64,000 bases of DNA, taken from assembly GCA_024679065.1 (NCBI GenBank), contig JAGIQG010000014.1, forward strand, positions 6,386,001 to 6,450,000, in the 5' to 3' direction. The DNA comes from Sphyrna mokarran (Eukaryota). Numbering within the stretch: the first letter of the stretch is position 1; every line of letters begins with the position of its first letter. The notes beneath the pieces were generated by a model, which saw nothing but the letters and a program-made list of their open reading frames with translations, was not told the DNA's origin and did not search any database. Below, one piece after another: positions 1 through 8,381 of the stretch. Position numbers and translations under genes: made by a program.

Positions 1-458
1 GCTAAAATTACGCAAATACAGTGGATGCTGGAATCTGAAACAAAAGTAGGGAATGCTAAAAAAAAGCGCCGACTATTTTCTTCCCGACGGAAGCTGTCAG
101 CCCTGCTGAGATTTTCGAAACTTTTTTCATATGTCTCGCACAGTTCAGTTTAGTTTAGTTGTCCATGGTGCTGAGGAGAGCTTTCCATTAACATTCTGTA
201 GACTGAATCTCGCGACCCTCCCCTCAACATGTAGAAAAGGTTATACTTCAGTTCTTGCAACTGGGAGAACATCGCAGGTGCCTAAATATTGAGTTTATGG
301 TGATCTATTTCAATAAATATATCACTCGGCTCGCTTGTACAATAGACTGAGTCCATGTCTATAACTGAGCAAAAATGCATCCAAACATTTCACTAAAGTA
401 TACTCTAAGTGTAAACGGACTGTTTCAATGACTTGGCTTTTCTCCTTCGTTTTTACAG

Positions 459-1390
459 CGAATCTCGTGACCATCGTGATCCTCGCCAAAGGAAATTGCG
501 GCCTTTCCAGATGTGTCTCTATCTACATGGTGGCCATGGCAACAGCAGATTTGTTAGTGATGCTTATCAACGTAATTTTGTATTACATTCTGAGAAAACG
601 TTTTCCAAATTCATTCCTCTCCTACACTGTTGTTTGCAAATTAATGATATATATGCTTTGTAATAACCTGTATATGTCAGTATGGTTTACAGTTTCATTC
701 ACGTTTGACCGATATATTGCTATATGTAGTCAGAAGTTTAGAACAATCTATTGCACCGCGAGAACAGCGGCTGCAGTTTTAACAACATCCTCAGTCCTTA
801 TCTATTTGCAGAACTTGTACGTTTGGTTTGCATTTGAACATGGAAGCACAAGAAATGGTGTTCAATGGGGTGTCGTCCCTAGGCAGGATTTTTATACTTC
901 TCAAATTGGTGATGCATTTGTCTTGTTACAAAGTATCTTATTGAACTGGATTCCGTTCATTTTGATATTACTGTTTAATTTTTTGACAGTCAGAAGGATT
1001 TTGTTGTCCAGCAAAGCTCGTGCCGGCTTGCGGGGTCAAAACAGTGAGAATCAGAATGATCCAGAGATACAGAACCGAAGGAAGTCCATTATTTTATTGT
1101 TCACTATTTCTAGTAGCTTTCTATTGTTGTGGGCGACAAGAGTCATTAGTTATCTAGCCAGTCGGATGCTCGTTTTTATCCGGCCGGATTACACATCTGC
1201 TGCAAATATCGCCACCGAAACCGGAACACTGCTCATTCATTTAAGTTCATGCACGAACACGTGCATTTACGCAGCTACACAAGCTAAATTCAGGGAAGAG
1301 TTGAAGAACATCGTGAAATCTCCTTGGACCATAATTCTGATGTTGCAAAAATATGCGAAATTAAACCTCGTCTTCCTGTTCAGGCAGTAG
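459..1390 (+). CDS. gpr139-like: GPR139/GPR142-like class A orphan GPCR, copy 1, coding exon 2 (exon 1 lies upstream of the window)
   Basis: Pyrimidine tract plus acceptor ttttacAG at 457-458, phase 1. Open frame ANLVTIVIL, YMVAMATADLL (TM2), SFTFDRYIAIC (DRY), LSSCTNTCIYA (NPxxY variant), stop at 1388-1390. The ORF-track ATG at 428 is intronic by comparison with copies 4 and 5. Confidence 0.85.
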
Positions 1391-1590
1391 TGAAGTACAC
1401 GTTTGAATGCTGGCCTTCCTGCAACGAAAATATAACGTGTTTCTTTAAATAAGGGACTCGAGAAGGGCTGGGCCATTCTTTGTTGCATCTTCTGGTGCCT
1501 ACTGCTATTCGCCAATTTTGGTGCTTCTTTTGTTGCGGCTTACTCCAGTCAGTGTGCACTGAAAACACGAATGATATCATTCAACCGTGG

Positions 1591-1596
1591 AATAAA
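1591..1596 (+). promoter_or_regulatory. Putative polyadenylation signal AATAAA of GPCR copy 1 (AGTAAA at the same position in the other copies)
   Basis: ggAATAAAatggg about 200 nt after the stop codon, just before the minisatellite. Confidence 0.35.
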
Positions 1597-3699
1597 ATGG
1601 GTTCGCATCAGTCCTAGCTGCCGTACAGTGTACGCAAAGTCTTATGCCGCATGTTCTCCGGTACATCGCAGGTACTGCCTTGCAGCGCACCTATTGCTTT
1701 ACACTGTAGGTGCTATCTTACACCGCAGTACTGGCTTAAACTATAGGAACTGCGCTGCACCATAGCTACTGTCTACACCGCAGGTGCTGACTACACTACA
1801 GTTGCAACATTACACAGCAGGTATTGCTCACACCACAGGGGCTATCTTATACTTTCTCCGCAGGGTCACCGCAGATACAGCCTTAAACCTGATGTACCAT
1901 CTTCCAGCACAGGTGATTTATTGCACGACAGGAATCGTCCTGCACTGTAGGCACTATCTTGAACCACACTACTCCCTTATACTGCGGCTTCTGCTTGGAA
2001 CCGCAGGCATTAACTTACACGTCACGTACTGCCTTACATCGCAGGCAATGCATACACCACAGTTTCTCCCCTAAACCACAGTGGCTGCCTTATACCACAT
2101 ACTGCCTTACACCACAGGTACCGCATTACACCGCATGTATTACCTGGAACCGCGGACGCTGCATTACACCACAGATGCGGCCTTGCACCAAATATGCTAT
2201 TTTTCACTTAAACTACTTCCTTACGCAACTTGTACACCGCATGGAACTGCGAACACAGCAGCTAGTGCCGGGAACCGGAGATACTGCATTAACAGTGCAA
2301 ACACCGTCTTTCACCACAGGTTCAGTCTTACGCACAGGCGATGCACCGCAGCACAGCTACTGCCATTCCTCTCATGTTCTTCCTTATAGAACAAATATGT
2401 CTTACACCGATCGTTCTGCCTTATACCGCAGGTACTGCCTTACACCACAGTTTCTGGTTACAGCACCGTTTCTGTCTAACTCCGCCAATGTCTCACACCA
2501 CAGGTTCTCCTTGAAAACGCATTCGCTTTCTTACACCACAATACTAATTTGAACCAAAGGTAATGCCTTGAACCACTGATACCGCATTGTATAACAGATT
2601 TTACAGCGAAGGTACTTTCTTGCAAACACGATACCGCTTTACGCCATGGAATTTTATTGCACAACAGATACTGCCTTGCACTACAGCTAATGATTTGCAC
2701 AACAGATATTACAGCTACTGCCTTATGCCACAGGTTCTGCCTTACACTGCAAGTACTCACTGACTCTAAAGGGGCTAACTCACACTGCATACGGTGCCTT
2801 AAAACCTTAGCGTCTATGTAAACTACCTGGATCTTCAGATGCTGCATTACACCACAGAATTTAAACTGAAGCTACTTTCTTACACCATATGTATCACGTT
2901 TCGCTGTAAGCGCTGCCTTACACCACAAATACTTTTTATTTACACCGCCGCAGACTCTTTACACTGCACTGCAGCAATGGCATCCCTTCCAGCATAAGTG
3001 CTGCCTTCAGCGTAGTAGCTACCTTCACTGTAAGTACTGCCCTTCACCACATGTACTACCTTCTACCGCAGGTACTACCTTCCAAAGCGTATATTGTCTT
3101 GACTCCAGAAACAGCATTACAGCGCAGTAAGTACACAAATGGTACTACTTTTCACTGCGAGGAATGACTTCATCTCAGACGCTTCCTTACTCAAAGGTAC
3201 TGTCTTCACCAGTGGTGGATGGCACAGGATAGAAGGCCTTTCATTGAGGTACTGCCTTACTCCACAGCTTTCACAAGTACTTCTATAGGCCACAGGTACT
3301 TTCTTCACTGCCGGAATTGGTTACATCACAGTAGTTGTCTTGTAGCTCATTTATTGCCTTACACCTCAGTTGCTATCTACACCACAGTTGATGTCTTAAA
3401 CCAGAGGTGTTGCCTTACATCATAGATGTTGCCCCACACTGAATCTACTTCCTTACAACATAGCTATTGCCTTACACCACAGGTACTGCCCTGCACTGCA
3501 AGCACAACATAGCACCACAGCTACTGCCTTACACCACAGATGTTCCCTTACCAAACGGTTACTGTCTTATACCACAGGTGCTACCTTTAACCACAAGTTT
3601 TGTGCTACGCCACCGATATCATTTTGCACCAGATACTGCTTGAGACCTCAAGGAACGGCTTATAATGCACAAGTGACGCTACTGTGTTTTAAGAAATGC

Positions 3700-4480
3700 A
3701 ATTTAATCATGTCTCCGTAGTAATAAGCTGGCACCGAGACGCCTGCCTAAATGTCATTTAATTGCTTCTTAAATTATTAAATTGTTTATTTACCTATTTT
3801 CAGTCTGAGCCTAATGCATTCTCATGAAGTTTATGGCAGATGTTTGACAGGACAAGTGGAAGAGTTTTTCTTTTCCTCGCAGGAGTTCTTTCACTTTCAG
3901 TTTCGCTTGCTGGATTGTTAGTAGTTGCTATGACTCCGGGCTAGATGCATGTTTTCAAAATTTGGCTGGCTGATGAAAATAGTCTTTCGTACTTCTCAGC
4001 ATGAACGTTTTGCTGTTGGTGGTTTACTAGCTGGAGGAAAGCAGTGACACTATATCCACCTCCAGTGTGGGAGTCTCAGAATGCAGAAGCCGGTTTTCCC
4101 TTTCTCCATCCAAAGGATTAGTAACTATAGGGTCTGCAGAACTGAAAAATCTCTCAGTATATGTATTTTCTGTGTTAAATCGAAATTAGGTTCATATGTT
4201 AGTAAGTATGTTGTGTTGGTACAGCACATTGAACTATGAAGTTTGACAAACAATGGTTCTTTCTGTTACTGTTTGCGATTGGTAAAAGTTACAGTTAATT
4301 TTCTTTCTGTCTGTTAACTGTATTCTGGAATTAACTTTGTGTGATTAAAGCTCACCGCTTTGTCGTTTAATTCATACCTGAGGTGAAACATCTCATGGTT
4401 ATCCACACCGAATTCAAAATAGAAAACATAGGCACAGACTGACTTCAGAAAACACATGAAATTTCTGACCTGGATTATAG
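3700..4480 (+). mobile_element. AT-rich ~0.8 kb insert in the minisatellite, possibly an old L1/Tx1-clade ORF2 C-terminus plus 3' UTR (paralogues ~19200-20040, 30520-31360, 44210-45040, 58320-59160)
   Basis: The paralogue translation W-x8-W-x-x-IF-x-x-x-S (WRLWQFWNYWGQIFDRIS) and a frameshifted ILL..WK match the spacing of fish L1 HMFWxCxxLxxFWxxIF and ILxxWK motifs. Very decayed. Confidence 0.35.
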
Positions 4481-5093
4481 CACAGACAAGTACTACCTTA
4501 CACTGCAGTTGCTGCGTTACACGACAGTGCTGTCTTATGCACAAGCTACTTGCTTACATCATAGCTTCTGCCTTAAACTACTGGAGCTTCTTGACAGCGC
4601 AGGAACTGATTGCACCACAGGCATTGAATTGCACCATACTCACATCCGTACACTGCACGTATTGTTTTCCACCGCAGGTACTACCTTCCAAATGTAAATA
4701 CTGTCTTCACTGTGCGAACTGCTTCACAGAGCAGTAACGATGTTACATAAATGGTAGTGTCCTATACCTTCGGAGGATGCCCCAGCCTCACTGCCTTCGC
4801 CACAGGAACTTCCTCCACTTCAAAAGTGTTTTATATTGCAAATACTGCATTATATCAAAGGTTTACATAACTGGTATCGAATACTACAGATATGCTGCCC
4901 TGCGCTACAGATGTGCCTTAAACCGCAGGAGGTGTCTTACACCACAAGTTCCGTTTTGGACCACAAATACTGCTTTACATCACAGATGCTGCCTTGCACC
5001 AAAGTTAATACCTTACACCACAGTTCTGCCTTGCACATCAGTTATCCTCTGAAACTGCTGGATCAGACTTAAATCACATGTGCTTTAATCACA

Positions 5094-5252
5094 TGTGTTA
5101 TAATCCAGGTCAGAAATTTCATGTGTTTTCTGAAGTCAGTCTGTGCCTATGTTTTCTAATTTGAATTTGGTGTGGATAACCATGAGATGTTTCACCTCAG
5201 GTATGAATTAAACGACAAACCGGAGAGCTTTAATCACACAAAGTTAATTCCA
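5094..5252 (-). repeat. Inverted duplication of 4326-4483, unique to unit 1
   Basis: 5094-5252 is the reverse complement of 4326-4483 with few mismatches. It is absent at the equivalent site of the other units. Confidence 0.9.
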
Positions 5253-7595
5253 TGTGCGTTACACCACAGCTACTGCATTACGCTGCAAGCGCTTTTGTAC
5301 ACTGCGGTTTCCTCTTAAACTGTAGCAATTGTTTCAGACAAGATACTGCCTTATTCTTTGAATTGACTTACACTACAATTGCTGTGTAATACTTAGTTAG
5401 TGCCTTGCACTGCAATGCCGCGTTCGACCACAGGCAGCATCAGACCACAGATACTTGCACACGGCAGGAGCCACCTGATGATTCTTGTGGCATAATGTCA
5501 TTCCCTAATTCAATGCCAAATGTAAGAGTTTAAAATGCCTATAACCCTTCCGTTCTTTGTCATTTGTCTCCGATCCATCAGTTCATCCAAGTAGTCAGCG
5601 TATATCTATCCTGTTCTAGTTCTTGTCCTATACAATCACCTGATCAGAATTCGTCAACATGCATGGACCTGATATCTATTCAGAACCTGGAGATTGTCAA
5701 AAGACGCAGTTTACCCAGACGAAGTTTAATCGCTTCGTCCAGGAGATTACATTGTCTTTACATTACTGAGTAGCACATAATAGCTGATATAGTTTGGCAG
5801 CTGCAGTAATGAAAGGGGAAATGCAGGATAGATCTCAGTCAAACTTCTTGAACCCCTCCATTTGGAACAGTTCGCCAGAAAATAAACGAATGTTTCCTGT
5901 TCAGTGTTGTGCACAGGCTGACCTTCACTGCGGCTGTGCATGTTAAATTACTGAAGTAGACATGAGCCAATCAAGATGTAATTTACGCGATGTTGTCATG
6001 AACAATTGACCCCAAAACACGCTCCATCATGTGGGTAATATCGCTGTAAGAAATTATTAATATCAGGAAGAGAGTGAGTACATACGTCAAATCCACCCGG
6101 AAGACTCAGTCTTATATACACATGATGGCACATTAAATAAACGAAGGTCAGCAGTTTTGATCCATTTGTGCGATGGGGGAGCTGTTGTCTTCGGATACAA
6201 TTTACTGTTCATCTCAAATGGCCCCTGAGAGAACATTTAGCAATCAATTAGATTCTTGTGTGTCTCCAGCAAGGAAAAAAAAAACTGACCTGAAACATGT
6301 GTGCTTCCTCAATGCGTTTCAACTAGAGCAGATAAAAGTGCAAATAAACAGGCATAAATCCTGAACTGTCACTTTTCCTTCAGGAAGAGAAGTTCGCGCT
6401 GTCTCATCACAGTCATTTCAGCAGAGCGCTCCAATCCTGAAAGCGATTAAATCAAAGTAGTCAAAGGTTTGAACATGGCGCCCTTACAGTGCACAATGGG
6501 TCTTCCGTATTGACAAGACGCGTATGTGCGACGCACAATCTCCTTACGGCGTGATTTTGTACGGACGTTATGACCAATAACTTGCTCATTTTTTGTGGTT
6601 TCCTGAAATTGAAAGCAGCGCCCATACACTGAGTAGCACATTGAACCCCCAGGCTAAATGTTTTGTGGCCACTTTGAAGCAGCATGGCTGTCTTCACTAT
6701 TTGACGAAAGGCACGACACCTTTTTTTAATTTTCATATTCCGATCTTTGGTAATTTACCCTCTCCAGCGCATTTCCCTCACATACAGACTGACTTCATTT
6801 TAGAAGTCGTCTGACTTTCACCTTGCCAGTAGTATGTGATGTGACAATTGCTGTTACCCATTGTCTGCACTGCTTCTTCGGCGGATTCGAAGGTTGCATT
6901 AATTTTGGGAGAAAAAAGAACTAGAGACGGATTGTGCGTGTGTGAAAGGGTTTTATTTGGTGTTCGATGGGGTTGAGTGTCAATGCAGTAAACTGTGCTC
7001 TAAATTGTGTGAATCATAAAAGCTAGAGGTGTAAGTCGGTAGATCAATCCGAGTCTTAATCAAAGAAATTTCACTATTTATCCCTCCCGATTCTTTCCTA
7101 TCTCACGTACAGTAACATAAATTGTTGCATCCTTTCACACAGTTCTTGCTGCAACCATTCAACACGTTGATGGTGCATTTGCAAAAACCTGCAACAAAAA
7201 CAACATAATAAGTATGAATCTGCTGCAGCAAATAACGGATCAAAAGAGATGAGTAGTGGTAGACGACAGCTAACAGAGATTTCCCTAATACGTCACGGAA
7301 CACAAGCCAAAGGGAATTTTGATGATGGCATTAACGTTCATTTTTACAGTGCAATGTAAGAAACTGTGTGAATCGTAAGAAAGGTTCGAACTTTATGAAT
7401 GCAAAATTGAAGAACGAAGGATAGATGTATTTGCGGGGGAGGTGCAACATTGGAACTAAACTGGTTCAAAAAGGGAGGATAACTAACAAATTTGATACTA
7501 ACAGACTATGGGCCTCCAGAAGTTTTATACAACATTTCCTGTCTTTCTCGATGTCGCTGTTTTGATTTGACGCCATGCTTAGAACAAATTCAAAA

Positions 7596-7669
7596 AGGCA
7601 CCGCTGTGATTTGAATTCAGGATACCCTGTTTACTAGGCAAGCGCTTTGACCAACTAAGCAATTTGCAG
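7596..7669 (-). pseudogene. tRNA-Thr(AGT) pseudogene
   Basis: Minus strand gcttagttggtcaaagcgcttgcctAGTaaacagggtatcctgaattcaaatcacagcggtgcct followed by a T run. It matches vertebrate tRNA-Thr-AGT, but the 5' acceptor strand and B box are degenerate. Confidence 0.8.
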
Positions 7670-7907
7670 TTACCGTTGCGCCGGGAAAGTTCGGACTGCT
7701 TTATTAATGGCACTTATTGTATTGTGAAACCATCAGTGGAATTATAAAATGGTCAGAGATTGGTTATAAATATTGCAAAATCATTGAATATGCGATTGTC
7801 GTTGTAAAGTGCGATCCCATCTATTCTTTGTCACACTTTCCCGTGTAATGTTAAGTAACATAAAGCAATCGATTCTGTATTAAAAAAAAAACAGCAAATG
7901 ATGAAAA

Positions 7908-8150
7908 ATTTTCTCTTTGGCGATCAGTGACCAATGAACTCCCATGGGGATCAGTGCTGGGTCCGCAATTGTTTACAATACATGTTAATAACTCGGAGGT
8001 AGGAGGCGAATGCACCGCGTTCAAATTGATAGGTGACACATATTTAGGATAAAATTCTGATTGCGAGAATGATAAAAAACATTTTATAACTTAGGTATAT
8101 TAATGACATCGGAAAACATTGGACAAATATTTTATAACGTGGGAAAATAT
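7908..8150 (+). mobile_element. Old CR1 reverse-transcriptase fragment (paralogues ~35270-35640, 48302-48545, 62410-63485)
   Basis: Translation FSLWRSVTNELPWGSVLGPQLFTIHVN..FKLIGDT is a degenerate GVPQGSVLGP..FADD motif. Confidence 0.75.
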
Positions 8151-8381
8151 CAGTCATATCGCCTTAAGAAAATGTTTTGACTATCTCAGTGAATTTGATA
8201 AATTTATCCAAGAGCATTTTAAAAGTCATCGGTATTATGCCTTAGGAAGACCAACGTTTTATTGTTGAGGGCCTATGTTAAGTTCATCACTAGTCCGACA
8301 GAGTGATTCAGAAACCGTTTCACGAATGAAGTAAAAAATGTTAAAAAAACATTCCATATTAGTCAATTCAATGCGAGATGT

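Larger units (their letters stand above)
1610..5460 (+). repeat. Degenerate 19-bp minisatellite (consensus ~TACTGCCTTACACCACAGG), interrupted at ~3670-4480
   Basis: Recurrent tactgccttacaccacag at 19-nt spacing (e.g. 3466-3600). It accounts for the many spurious T/A/L/H/Y/C-rich ORFs here. Confidence 0.85.

Noticed and set aside
1610-3670. Possible CRISPR-like array
   Set aside because: Contiguous degenerate 19-mers with no unique spacers, no cas genes and a vertebrate context.
1784-5072. Many overlapping 60-200 aa ORFs rich in T, A, L, H, Y and C (also ~17300-20600, 28600-31900, 42900-45600, 56500-59750)
   Set aside because: They are translations of the 19-bp minisatellite; frames and stops are not conserved between units.
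5465-5500. CTGATGA in a gccac..gtggc hairpin as a hammerhead ribozyme core
   Set aside because: No stem II followed by GAAA and no stem III/NUH site could be formed.
7596-7669. Functional tRNA-Thr genes
   Set aside because: The 5' acceptor strand cannot pair with the 3' strand in any copy, and the anticodon stem or T loop also carry mismatches.
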